Of a DNA stretch of 51,837 nucleotides, positions 35,993-44,886 are shown piece by piece. The stretch comes from Treponema sp. Its GTDB lineage: Bacteria; Spirochaetota; Spirochaetia; Treponematales; Breznakiellaceae. The stretch spans positions 1 to 51,837 of the forward strand of contig JAIRNP010000073.1 in the NCBI GenBank assembly GCA_031258005.1. The letters run 5' to 3'. The number at the start of each line of letters is the position of its first letter. The stretch's first letter is position 1. The notes below the pieces were generated by a model. It searched no databases, was not told the DNA's origin, and worked only from the letters and a program-made list of their open reading frames with translations. The position numbers were made by a program, and so were the translations under genes.

Positions 35993-37201
35993 CTATACCG
36001 AACTCCATGCCCCGTCCCAGAGGATACTCCGGTATCGCTCAGGATCCGTATCCCCTTCAGTACTGAATACCACCACTACCGAATCCCTTTGCAGCCCCAG
36101 GATCTCCCGCAAATCCCGGTACGCATCATGTTCACCTATCGCCGCAAGGAGCCCGGTCGTTACCGCCCCGGATTCTCCTGAGATAACCGGCCTATCTCCC
36201 CGAAGGGGCGCGCCTAACACCCGCATCCCTTTAGCCGCAACCCAGTCCGGCGCAGAAACGAAACAGGCGCTGTGCTGCTTGAGGATTGGCCAGGAAATCG
36301 TATTTGCCTTGCCGCATGCAAGACCGGCCATAATGGTTTGTAACTTGCCTGCTACCTGGACGAGGTTGTTTTCCCTTGCCGAACGGTACAGGCAGTCTGC
36401 GGCAGCAGCCTCTACCACGGTTACTACCGGCGGCTGCGCTGCATAGGCCTGGGCAAAATACCCCTGTACCGAACCTGCCAGGGAACCGACTCCGGCTTGA
36501 ACAAAGATGTGGGTAGGGGACACTCCGTAACGGGTGAGTTCCTGGTGTACTTCATAGGACATGGTTCCATAGCCCTGCATGATCCACCCGGGGATCTCTT
36601 CATACCCCTCCCAAGCCGTATCCTGTACTATGATCCCTTGGGGATCTTTTGACGCTTGCTCATGGGCAAAACACACCGCCTCGTCATAGTTCAAATCCGT
36701 AACCTGTGCCGCCGCCCCTTCTTTCAAAATGTTTTGGAGGCGGGCCCGAGCAGAACCGGCAGGCATGTACACCACCGACTTTTGACGCAGGGTATTCGCT
36801 GCCCACGCCACACCCCGTCCGTGGTTCCCATCGGTAGCCGTATAAAAGGTAATATCCCCAAGCTTTTTCTTGATTGCATCCGAGATAAGCACTTCGTAGG
36901 GTAATGCGGAAATATCCTGTCCCAGTTTTTGTGCAATGAACTGTGCCATAGCATAAGAACCCCCCAGGACTTTAAAGGCATGCAAGTTAAAGCGATAAGA
37001 CTCATCTTTGAGATACAAGGCCCGGATCCCCAGCCTTTGGGCCAAATGGGGAAGATTGATCAGCGGCGTTACCTGGTAACAGGGAAAACTCCGGTGAAAA
37101 TTCCACGCTTTCTTTACCGCTTCCTCAGTCATGAGAGCCATAGGGGGCACTGAATCGGTTTTTGACATGGTATTTCTTACCCACTTAATGGACTCTTTCA
37201 C
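35993..37201 (-). CDS. ygeX: Diaminopropionate ammonia-lyase (PLP-dependent)
   Basis: It is collinear with E. coli YgeX: KDESYRFNLHAFKVLGG, TATDGNHGRGVAWAA, QDTAWEGYEEIPGWIMQGY, MAGLACG, SGESGA. The GTG start at 37201 is preceded by GGAGGA. Confidence 0.9.
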   Translation of the reverse strand: MKESIKWVRNTMSKTDSVPPMALMTEEAVKKAWNFHRSFPCYQVTPLINLPHLAQRLGIRALYLKDESYRFNLHAFKVLGGSYAMAQFIAQKLGQDISALPYEVLISDAIKKKLGDITFYTATDGNHGRGVAWAANTLRQKSVVYMPAGSARARLQNILKEGAAAQVTDLNYDEAVCFAHEQASKDPQGIIVQDTAWEGYEEIPGWIMQGYGTMSYEVHQELTRYGVSPTHIFVQAGVGSLAGSVQGYFAQAYAAQPPVVTVVEAAAADCLYRSARENNLVQVAGKLQTIMAGLACGKANTISWPILKQHSACFVSAPDWVAAKGMRVLGAPLRGDRPVISGESGAVTTGLLAAIGEHDAYRDLREILGLQRDSVVVVFSTEGDTDPERYRSILWDGAWSSV

Positions 37202-37230
37202 GCTCTATATTCCTCCATAACCATGAACCT

Positions 37231-37259
37231 ATTGTACCACTGGTATAATGTTCTGTCAA
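37231..37259 (-). promoter_or_regulatory. Sigma70-like promoter TTGACA-N17-TACAAT upstream of ygeX
   Basis: Reverse complements tgtcaa at 37254-37259 and attgta at 37231-37236, with a 17-nt spacer. Confidence 0.5.
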
Positions 37260-37323
37260 ATACTAAACTTTTTCTTATTCAAATGCGCAACCATCCTTGG
37301 GAGGCTGAACCGGAAGATCAAAC

Positions 37324-37992
37324 CTACCGCTCGGTATTTTCCAGGGTCCGGATATGCATATACACCGTATTCCGGGAGATACCGAGATTTTCAGAAATGA
37401 TTTTCACGGCGTTCTTTAATTTGAATATCCCCTGGTAATATAAGAGGGTTATGATCTCTTTGTTTTTTTGAGAGGCTAAAATACTCGTATCCTGGCTCAC
37501 TTCCTCCTTCGCCTTTTCCAAAACCCGGATGATCAATTCATCCGAATCATTGATAAAACTTTCAGCCATATAGACTTTGGAATCATCTAAAGAAAAAGAG
37601 TGCAGCAGGGACATAAGGGGGCTATCCAGGTACATATTAATACACAGCAGCCCAATCGGGGTATCTTCCTCTCCGAAAATTGCCATGGTGGTTGATTTGA
37701 CCGGTTTACCGTATTTGCTTTTGGAATAATAGGTGCTAAACCGCTCGGCATCGCTTTTTTCACTGGTACCCTTATGGATCTTTTCCAGCATCACCAGGGC
37801 GAGATCCGTAATCGGCGCCCCTTCCTTACGTCCCGAGTGAAAACCGTTCACAATCTTGATGATCGAATGATCCAGATCGCCCAGATCATGGAGTACGATT
37901 TCAAAGGCTTCCCCCAAATAGGCCGCCAAGGCGTCAATGGCGGTTTTGTATGAATTGATGATCAACCTATCGCTCTCAGAATCCTTTTTCAT
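37324..37992 (-). CDS. YheO-like PAS domain plus HTH transcriptional regulator
   Basis: 222 aa. The N-terminus ..AAYLGEAFEIVLHDLGDLDHSIIKIVNGFHSGRKEGAPITD is YheO-like. The C-terminal HTH is ..AVKIISENLGISRNTVYMHIR. Confidence 0.75.
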   Translation of the reverse strand: MKKDSESDRLIINSYKTAIDALAAYLGEAFEIVLHDLGDLDHSIIKIVNGFHSGRKEGAPITDLALVMLEKIHKGTSEKSDAERFSTYYSKSKYGKPVKSTTMAIFGEEDTPIGLLCINMYLDSPLMSLLHSFSLDDSKVYMAESFINDSDELIIRVLEKAKEEVSQDTSILASQKNKEIITLLYYQGIFKLKNAVKIISENLGISRNTVYMHIRTLENTER

Positions 37993-38021
37993 AGGGCCCT
38001 CCCTTTAGGCTTCCCCTGGTG

Positions 38022-40619
38022 TTATTTCTTTCTATAAAAAGTATCTTCCATAGGCAGTTTGCTCCGGAGCGTTCGATCCTTGGCATAATAGGCCCCGGTT
38101 ATGGCGGGACATACCGGAATGGTCGCCAATTCACCCACCCCCTTTGCTCCATAGGCCGGGGGAGCCGGGTTCTTCGGTTGTATCAGGAGGATCTCCATAG
38201 GCGGCGCTTCAGTAGCCCGAATAAGCCCTAAGGTTCCGTATTTCACCTTGGGATAGCCCCCTTCTAAAGGGAAGTCCTCCGTAAGGGCATAGCCCATGCC
38301 CATGAGGATCCCCCCTTCGATTTGGCCTTCCGCAGCTCTGGGATTGACCACGGTCCCCAGGTCATAGGCAGCGATGATCTTTTCCACTTTACCCGTATCT
38401 TCCAGGATGACTACGGTTGCGGCATAGCCGTATGCCAGATGGCTCACGGGGTTGGGTTTATCGCTTCCCATAGGATCGGTTACCCCTGAAAACTCGGCAA
38501 AAAATTCCTGTCCCTCAAGACGAGCAAGGTCCTTCCCTGCTGCTTCCAGCGCGGCTTTCAGCTTCAGCGCGGCCTGACGGGTCGCCTCTCCGGTGAATAG
38601 GGTCTGCCGCGAGGCGGTGGTGGTCCCTGAGTTGGGGGTCCGCCGGGTGTCGGGAGGTTCGGCCACCACTTTTTCCGGCGGGATCTTCAGGGTCTCACAG
38701 ACGATCTGGGTGGTAACCGTGGCAAGTCCCTGGCCGATACACGCGGCGCTGGTCCGTATATGGATCATCCCCTGCTCCACCGAAAGGATACAACGGCCTA
38801 TATCAGGAAGCCCGACCCCGATCCCCGCGTTCTTTAAGGCGCAGGCAATGCCTACGGCTTTTCCCTGAGACCGGGCCTGGTCATAGGTCTCCTGTACTGC
38901 CTTGAGACAGGCTTCCAGTTCCACATCATCCCCGGCTATCTGGCCATTGGGAAGAACCTGCCCGGGTCTAATGGCGTTCCGGTACCGAATCTCCCAGGGA
39001 GAAATACCCAGGTGCTCCGCCAGAAGGTTGAGGTTATTTTCCGTGGCAAAACAGCTTTGACATACCCCGAAACCCCGGAATGCCCCTCCCGGAGGGTTAT
39101 TCGTATACACCGCCTTACCGTCAATATCGATCACCTGGTAATTGTACGGACCTGCTGCATGGGTACAGGCCCGCTGTAAAACCGGGCCCCCGAGGGAAGC
39201 ATAGGCCCCGGTATCGGCGACAATCACCGCTTTCATGGCCGTGAGTTTTCCCGCGGCATCGCAGCCGGTCGTGAAATCCATTTCCATGGCATGCCGTTTA
39301 GGATGCAGATTGATACTTTCCTGCCTGCTTAAAAGCACCTTTACCGGCTTTTTAAGGCACCACGCGGCAAGGCAGGCATGATGCTGAACGCTCATATCTT
39401 CTTTGCCCCCAAAGCCGCCGCCTACAAGCTGTCCCTTGACATGGACCTGCTCAGGAGCAATGCCCAGCATCCGGGCACATTCCCGCTGTTCGTCATAGAT
39501 GCTCTGACCTGCGGAATAGAGGGTAATTCCCCTATCCCCGTCAGGAAGGGCAATCGCACACTCAGGCTCCATGAAGGCATGTTCGGTAAAAGGGACCGAA
39601 TAATGACGGGTTACCACATGGGCCGATTGAGCAAGGACCGCGTCCGCATCGCCCCGGACCAGGTGTTCATGGGAGAGGATGTTCCGTTCTTTCGCATGAA
39701 TCAAGGGCGCTCCCTTGGCCATAGCCGCCCTGGGGCTTGTCAGGGGTTCCAGCACTTCATATTCCACATAGACCAGTTCCTTTATTTCATTGAGGGTTTC
39801 TTTGCGTGTCCCTACCGCCACTGCCAGGGTGTCGCCGATAAAACGGGTAATGCCCCCTTCGGCGATGAGCACATCATAGTCGGAAAGAAACGCAAGGTGT
39901 CCGATTTTGATGTTTCCCGGTACATCCTCCGCAGTAAGCACCGCGACACAATCCGGGTGGGCCTTGGCCTGGGCCGTATCGATCTTGAGCACCCTGGCCC
40001 GGGGATAGGCGGAACGGACCGCCGAGGCATGGAGCATTCCTTCAAAAACCAGATCATCCACGTATTTTCCCGTACCCAGGGTTTTAGCCACCGCATCCAC
40101 CCGGTGGAAATTTTCGCCCAGCGCGCCGGTGAAAGCCGGTTGGGGTACCGGGGTCTGCTCCCGGAATAAGCGGGCCGCATAGCGGATCCCGTCCTGTATC
40201 TTGACATACCCGGTACACCGGCACATATTAGCACGGATGCCTTTACGGATAGCCTCATCGTCAGGATCCGGATTGCGATCCAGCAGGGCTTTGGCGCTCA
40301 TCACCATCCCGGGGATGCAAAATCCGCATTGGACCGCGCCGGTTTCGGCAAAGGCAAAGGCATACACCCCTTGTTCCCGCGGGGAAAGGCCTTCCAGGGT
40401 AATAACCTGTTTGTTTGCGAGTTTTGCCAAAGTAGGAATGCAGGAGCGCTGGGGCTTTCCATCAAGTAACACCGTACAAGCCCCGCAGGCTCCAGAACCG
40501 CAGCCGTTTTTTGCTGCCGTGAGGCGCAGGTCTTCCCGTAGAAAATCCAGCAGTTTCTTATGGGCCGGGCCCTGTACCGGCGCTCCATTTACCTGTAATA
40601 CAACCTGTTCCGCATCCAT
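38022..40619 (-). CDS. xdhD: Fused [2Fe-2S] / molybdopterin-binding hydroxylase (selenium-dependent xanthine dehydrogenase type, XdhD-like)
   Basis: 865 aa. The N-terminal motifs are GCGSGACGACTV and CGFCIPGMV. A large aldehyde-oxidase/xanthine-dehydrogenase Moco domain follows (GGGFGGKE etc.). The genomic context is ygeW-ygfK-ssnA. Confidence 0.8.
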   Translation of the reverse strand: MDAEQVVLQVNGAPVQGPAHKKLLDFLREDLRLTAAKNGCGSGACGACTVLLDGKPQRSCIPTLAKLANKQVITLEGLSPREQGVYAFAFAETGAVQCGFCIPGMVMSAKALLDRNPDPDDEAIRKGIRANMCRCTGYVKIQDGIRYAARLFREQTPVPQPAFTGALGENFHRVDAVAKTLGTGKYVDDLVFEGMLHASAVRSAYPRARVLKIDTAQAKAHPDCVAVLTAEDVPGNIKIGHLAFLSDYDVLIAEGGITRFIGDTLAVAVGTRKETLNEIKELVYVEYEVLEPLTSPRAAMAKGAPLIHAKERNILSHEHLVRGDADAVLAQSAHVVTRHYSVPFTEHAFMEPECAIALPDGDRGITLYSAGQSIYDEQRECARMLGIAPEQVHVKGQLVGGGFGGKEDMSVQHHACLAAWCLKKPVKVLLSRQESINLHPKRHAMEMDFTTGCDAAGKLTAMKAVIVADTGAYASLGGPVLQRACTHAAGPYNYQVIDIDGKAVYTNNPPGGAFRGFGVCQSCFATENNLNLLAEHLGISPWEIRYRNAIRPGQVLPNGQIAGDDVELEACLKAVQETYDQARSQGKAVGIACALKNAGIGVGLPDIGRCILSVEQGMIHIRTSAACIGQGLATVTTQIVCETLKIPPEKVVAEPPDTRRTPNSGTTTASRQTLFTGEATRQAALKLKAALEAAGKDLARLEGQEFFAEFSGVTDPMGSDKPNPVSHLAYGYAATVVILEDTGKVEKIIAAYDLGTVVNPRAAEGQIEGGILMGMGYALTEDFPLEGGYPKVKYGTLGLIRATEAPPMEILLIQPKNPAPPAYGAKGVGELATIPVCPAITGAYYAKDRTLRSKLPMEDTFYRKK

Positions 40620-40657
40620 CCTTCTTTCTTATCCATCTCTTTCAATAAGCTGTAGCT

Positions 40658-40686
40658 AGTGTAAAATATAACATGTACCCTGTCAA
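40658..40686 (-). promoter_or_regulatory. Sigma70-like promoter TTGACA-N17-TACACT upstream of the xdhD-like gene
   Basis: Reverse complements tgtcaa at 40681-40686 and agtgta at 40658-40663. An A/T-rich tract lies upstream. Confidence 0.4.
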
Positions 40687-40919
40687 TAAAAAAAAATAAT
40701 GCAGATACTAAAAAAAAGTACTGTTTTGCTCTTGTAGAGAGCAGTAACGAGGAGACGGCCAGGTGCCACGGTTCACATCCACTGGCATGGGGGTATTTTC
40801 ATTGGTATGAGGATATTCTTTGAGAAAAGACACCGGGCTTAGAGCATAAGAGCAGTTCTTTATAGGGCGGGTATGGAAGAAAGGTTGGGATGCCCGGCGC
40901 AGGACTGTTCTTTAGGCTG

Positions 40920-40947
40920 CTCTTTCAAAACCGAAGTTTTGAAAGAG
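40920..40947 (-). terminator. Perfect 12-bp hairpin CTCTTTCAAAAC-CGAA-GTTTTGAAAGAG after the OMP gene
   Basis: Read directly, 10 nt downstream of the stop at 40957. There is no clean T-tail. Confidence 0.45.
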
Positions 40948-40956
40948 GCTCCTCCA

Positions 40957-41541
40957 TTAGAACATAAAGCCTAGACCGGCTTTCGCGAGGAAACCGTGGC
41001 CTACTTTCGGATCTAAGTCTCCGCCTAAGGGAACAGCCGCGCCGTAGATGACGTGGCCTCTCAAGAAGAAGGTATCGCTGAAGAAAAAGTCGATACCCGC
41101 GCCTCCGCGGATCCAGAGATCGTTCCACCAGTACTCCTCAAAATTCAATTCGAAATCCACCCCTCCGGTGGGAAAGAACACAAACCTGTCTGAAATGGGG
41201 ATGGGGTATTTCCCATAAGCCCCAAACCCGAGGGCGACAGTAGGCTGAGGAACAGAATCGCTGGGGGCCGAGTACGTCTGACCCTGATAGGTTACGGTTG
41301 CCTCACCGGTTTTATACATGAAGGCGATATTGAACTCCACATATTGGCTGAGGCTGAAAAACCCGAAGCCGCCGAAGGATGTACGGTCAAAGGTCCAAGT
41401 GTCGCCAGACGCCCCCGGAACATCCCCGCCCTGGAAGGTCCCTCCTACTAGGATCCCTCCCCCTGCGGCCTTCTCCAAAGCAAATGCCCCGCTCCCCAGG
41501 AGCAGGAGCAGACAAAACCCTAAAACAACACCCTTTTTCAT
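40957..41541 (-). CDS. Small outer-membrane beta-barrel protein
   Basis: The start was trimmed to MKKGVVLGFCLLLLLGSGAFA. Alternating aromatic/Gly-rich strands and a C-terminal ..GLGFMF (terminal Phe) are present. Confidence 0.7.
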   Translation of the reverse strand: MKKGVVLGFCLLLLLGSGAFALEKAAGGGILVGGTFQGGDVPGASGDTWTFDRTSFGGFGFFSLSQYVEFNIAFMYKTGEATVTYQGQTYSAPSDSVPQPTVALGFGAYGKYPIPISDRFVFFPTGGVDFELNFEEYWWNDLWIRGGAGIDFFFSDTFFLRGHVIYGAAVPLGGDLDPKVGHGFLAKAGLGFMF

Positions 41542-41645
41542 AAAATACCTCTTTAACGAGAGAACGTTCATATTCATGGAAAACTTCCATGTCTGAATCG
41601 ATCCCTGGTCGGGATCGGTTTCATTCATTACTACCGGCTGGCGCT

Positions 41646-42581
41646 TTAAAACCGCTCCGACGCCATAGCCATGATTTCCGCGGTCTTCACGTCCAGGGCC
41701 TTTGCCCGCAGCCGCCGAGTTGCGCCGCTGCCGCTGATGCTTCCGGTAACGACAATAGTTGCCCCCAGCATTTTCCCTATGGATACTGCGGAATTATCAT
41801 CCACCTCGCCGGAGAATTGGAAATCCTGTTCCGCCCGGATAGCATCAAGGCTCTTTCTATCCACGATTTTGAATTTTCTGGTTTCCACCAGCAGATAGGC
41901 CAGTTCTTCGATGACAAAGTCCGACATATCCCGGTCCCTTGAAGCAATACTTATGATTGCCAGGGTCGAGTTCCTCGGCAGGACCTGGATTAATTCTTCT
42001 GCGGCCCGGTATACCGCCCCTTCTATGGTGGTATCATTGCTGACCTGGGGCCGGGGATTCTGTACCGGTTCAGGATTCCGCGCCGGTTCAGGACTCCGTA
42101 CCGGCTCAGGCTTCCGTGGCTCAGGGACTTCCAAGGCCCTGGCATCTGCCAGGGAACTCTGAGCAGGGCTTCTCTCCTGGGGCCTTATGGCGATAGCCTG
42201 TTGGACCTCCGCATTGATAAGCCTGCCATAGCGCATGAGGATTCTGATGGTTACCCGATTTGAGACGGAATCTACTATCACCTGTTTTTTATCCCCTATA
42301 TTCCAGCTACCCCCTTTCGCGGTAGTTTCCGCGAGGTGAATAATATTTCTTCCATCCTTGACGATTATTTTTTCCGTGGTTTTTGGAAATACATGGGCTG
42401 CAATGACGTCATTAACCCAGACGGCAATATCTTTTTCTACATTTGTCCCATTAATGATGATTTCCGACTCTCCCTGCCTGGCCGCGGCGTTTAGAGCATT
42501 CGGCGGCGCCAGTCTTGACTGAGGATACAGCCCTAGGGTGAAGACAAGTCCCCACCATAACCCTACTATTGTCCCTTTCAT
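41646..42581 (-). CDS. Secreted protein with an N-terminal domain, a PEP-repeat linker and a C-terminal CsgG/LpoB/FlgO-like domain
   Basis: The C-terminus reads LAIISIASRDRDMSDFVIEELAYLLVETRKFKIVDRKSLDAIRAEQDFQFSGEVDDNSAVSIGKMLGATIVVTGS. I recognise this pattern from CsgG/LpoB-type periplasmic lipoprotein domains. Confidence 0.6.
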   Translation of the reverse strand: MKGTIVGLWWGLVFTLGLYPQSRLAPPNALNAAARQGESEIIINGTNVEKDIAVWVNDVIAAHVFPKTTEKIIVKDGRNIIHLAETTAKGGSWNIGDKKQVIVDSVSNRVTIRILMRYGRLINAEVQQAIAIRPQERSPAQSSLADARALEVPEPRKPEPVRSPEPARNPEPVQNPRPQVSNDTTIEGAVYRAAEELIQVLPRNSTLAIISIASRDRDMSDFVIEELAYLLVETRKFKIVDRKSLDAIRAEQDFQFSGEVDDNSAVSIGKMLGATIVVTGSISGSGATRRLRAKALDVKTAEIMAMASERF

Positions 42582-42676
42582 GTTTTTCTCCGTTACTCCA
42601 CTACAAACCTATGGCTCGGCTGGGCGTATAGATAGCGCTGAACGGTATACCGCGCTATCTATACCGCGCCGATTGG

Positions 42677-43222
42677 TTATAAGCCCAACAGTTGGTTCAG
42701 TTCTTGGTCGGTCTTCTCAAACACCGCGTCCACATACTCGTTGATGTCTTTCTTGAAACTGTTCTTATCCAAATAGACCACTATGTACGTGTTGCCCCGG
42801 CCGTTCATATAGGGGCCGAAGGTCTTCACCCTGCGCAGGGTTTGGGTAACGATCTGCTTGGTGGAATCCTGGAAACGGGCAACCCGGTCGGTTTCCCCCT
42901 GGGCTTCAGCCCGGCGGACCGCGTTCTCTCCGATGGCCGCTACTTCGGTCTCAAGGCTCCCCGCCAGGTTTTCCCGGGCCAGGATGGTAGCCTGCTGCAA
43001 TGCGTCGGACTCGTTATCGAATTCCGAAATCCCCATGCCGTAGTACACGTCATCCGCGTTCTGATGCTGCTGTATCCACTGGGAGACCTCACTCGGCGGC
43101 CCCCCTTGGGCTTGGCTTGGCGCTGCTGGCTCTGAGGGGGGAGCGCTGACACAGCTTACCAGCAAAGCCGCTGCCGCCGCCGCGCCCCATACTACTGATG
43201 CAATTCGTTTCTTCATTTTCAA
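42677..43222 (-). CDS. LPP20-family lipoprotein
   Basis: The lipobox is ALLVSC. The LPP20-like pattern is YYGMGISEFDNESDALQQATILARENLAGSLETEV. Confidence 0.65.
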   Translation of the reverse strand: MKMKKRIASVVWGAAAAAALLVSCVSAPPSEPAAPSQAQGGPPSEVSQWIQQHQNADDVYYGMGISEFDNESDALQQATILARENLAGSLETEVAAIGENAVRRAEAQGETDRVARFQDSTKQIVTQTLRRVKTFGPYMNGRGNTYIVVYLDKNSFKKDINEYVDAVFEKTDQELNQLLGL

Positions 43223-43260
43223 TCCTCCTTAGATTGATACGAAATAGAAAAAATAATGAT

Positions 43261-44253
43261 TTAATCGCCTAAAAAGGCGTTAAATGCCAGGATAAAGTTG
43301 GCTTCCAGGTCCTTTTCCATTTCCCGGAACGCGATGTTGTAGGCCATGTTCAGGCTCCGGGCCCCCTGGCGCTCATAATTCTTGGTGTAGGAGAAGAGGA
43401 GGTCCCCTGCCCTGTTGTTGAGCTGCAAGCTGATACCCGAATGGATGAAGAATGCCTTGGGGAAGGTCTCTTCATCACAAAAGATCTCCCCGGTAATGGT
43501 ATAGTCTCCCTGGTTTCGCACCGCCACATAGCCGTTTTGTTCCAGCACATCCAAGAGTTTACGCTGGATCCGTCCTTGCCGATCCGCTTCAATCGCCGCG
43601 CTAAACCGCAACTGGGAACGAAAGGCCCTGCTGTCGGCCATAACTTTCCGGGTATATTCCAGGGTTTCCCGGTGCGCGGTGGAGGCGTCGGATAGTTCTC
43701 CCAAGCCCAGGATATCCGCTTCGATACACCGGGCAATGGAAGCGGCCCGCTTAAACGCCTGATATTGCTGCAGGGGTTCCTTGGTTTCTGTAAGCATGGT
43801 CTCCAGCATGGTCAGGTTCGCGGCGATCCGGTTTTGATAGAGTTCCACCGCTTCCTGTTTGTTGATGTAGGCCAGGACATACCAGTTCCGGTTCTGTTCG
43901 TTATACCAGGGAGAGGTAAAATGGGCGCCCAAGAATTCCGCCTGACTTGCGATCTGCACCTGGTTACTCATCGCGGTGCCCTTCTCCGTCTTTTTCTGAG
44001 TACCGGAAACAACTTCGTTATACTGGGTAAGGATCTGCTGCTGCACGGAAACGGTGCTCTTAAAATAGAGGGCCAGCCCGTTCATCGCCGCGTTCTTCGC
44101 TTCCTCATCCCCTTTCCCCATACCCAGGGCGCTTATGAAGCGGGAATCCGGGTATTCCTGTTCCCGAAAGCGGACCCACCGCGGCTCAGGCCCGGCAGCC
44201 AGGAGCCTGGTTCCTGCCACGATGGTCAGGATCAGGAGCATGTTTTTGTTCAT
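43261..44253 (-). CDS. Secreted protein with an N-terminal LPP20-like domain
   Basis: A signal peptide is present. FISALGMGKGDEEAKNAAMNGLALYFKSTVSV resembles LPP20. The 330-aa protein has an uncharacterised C-terminal two-thirds. Confidence 0.55.
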   Translation of the reverse strand: MNKNMLLILTIVAGTRLLAAGPEPRWVRFREQEYPDSRFISALGMGKGDEEAKNAAMNGLALYFKSTVSVQQQILTQYNEVVSGTQKKTEKGTAMSNQVQIASQAEFLGAHFTSPWYNEQNRNWYVLAYINKQEAVELYQNRIAANLTMLETMLTETKEPLQQYQAFKRAASIARCIEADILGLGELSDASTAHRETLEYTRKVMADSRAFRSQLRFSAAIEADRQGRIQRKLLDVLEQNGYVAVRNQGDYTITGEIFCDEETFPKAFFIHSGISLQLNNRAGDLLFSYTKNYERQGARSLNMAYNIAFREMEKDLEANFILAFNAFLGD

Positions 44254-44264
44254 ACGCCGCCTCC

Positions 44265-44804
44265 TTAGGGGGACAAAAGCTGGTTATACATGGTGAGGTA
44301 CTTGCCCCCGGAAAGCTCCGTGCTCCCGCTGGTCAAGACCGCGCCGGTTCGGGTATCAATGGTTTTCATGTGGACCTCGATCTTCCGGCCCACCTTGATC
44401 AACGTCCCCAGGACCACCGCAGAGGCCCCGAGCATTCCCCCCAGGGCTATCGCGGAATGATCGCTCACGTAGCCGGAAGCGCTGAAATCAAACTCTTCCG
44501 CAAGCCGGTCGATCTGGGTGCGTTCCACCAGGATGATCTGGGGGCGCTTCGCGAGATAATGGCCGGTCTGTTCCGCGAAATAGCGGCCCAGGACGCTGTG
44601 GCTTCCGTCCACATTAAGGAAATCCAAGACCGCTACGGTCATCTTTTCCTCCGGCGTACCGGATGTGGAAGCGCCGGAACCGGCAAGGCCCTGTAAGAGG
44701 CCCTTTTTTTCCATGTCCCGGCTTACGGTACGGTCCTCCTGAGAAAATCCGAACCCCCCGGCCACAAGCAGCATCGCTGCCGCAGCAAAGCATATCCTTT
44801 TCAT
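44265..44804 (-). CDS. CsgG/LpoB/FlgO-like periplasmic protein
   Basis: MTVAVLDFLNVDG...YFAEQTGHYL...ILVERTQIDRLAEEFDFSASGYVSDHSAIALGGMLGASAVVLGT shows the same domain pattern as the C-terminus of 41646-42581. Confidence 0.6.
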   Translation of the reverse strand: MKRICFAAAAMLLVAGGFGFSQEDRTVSRDMEKKGLLQGLAGSGASTSGTPEEKMTVAVLDFLNVDGSHSVLGRYFAEQTGHYLAKRPQIILVERTQIDRLAEEFDFSASGYVSDHSAIALGGMLGASAVVLGTLIKVGRKIEVHMKTIDTRTGAVLTSGSTELSGGKYLTMYNQLLSP

Positions 44805-44886
44805 GCATGCCTCCTTACAAACATGCAGTCCTCATCCTGCGGCTAAAACCCCAGGGCCTCAGCCGCAGATCCGTTCTGCAGAGGAT

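Noticed and set aside
27747-40619. Looked for in-frame TGA (selenocysteine) recoding or SECIS-like hairpins in the selenium-linked cluster.
   Set aside because: All eight genes are uninterrupted ORFs of the expected lengths. This enzyme class uses a labile Se cofactor rather than Sec, so nothing supports recoding here.
40760-40800. CCACTGGC / GCCAGGTGCC, which resembles a cobalamin-riboswitch B12 box, upstream of the xdhD-like gene.
   Set aside because: The motif is on the plus strand and no plus-strand gene lies downstream. The other conserved cobalamin riboswitch elements were not seen, and the predicted xdhD promoter lies closer to the gene.
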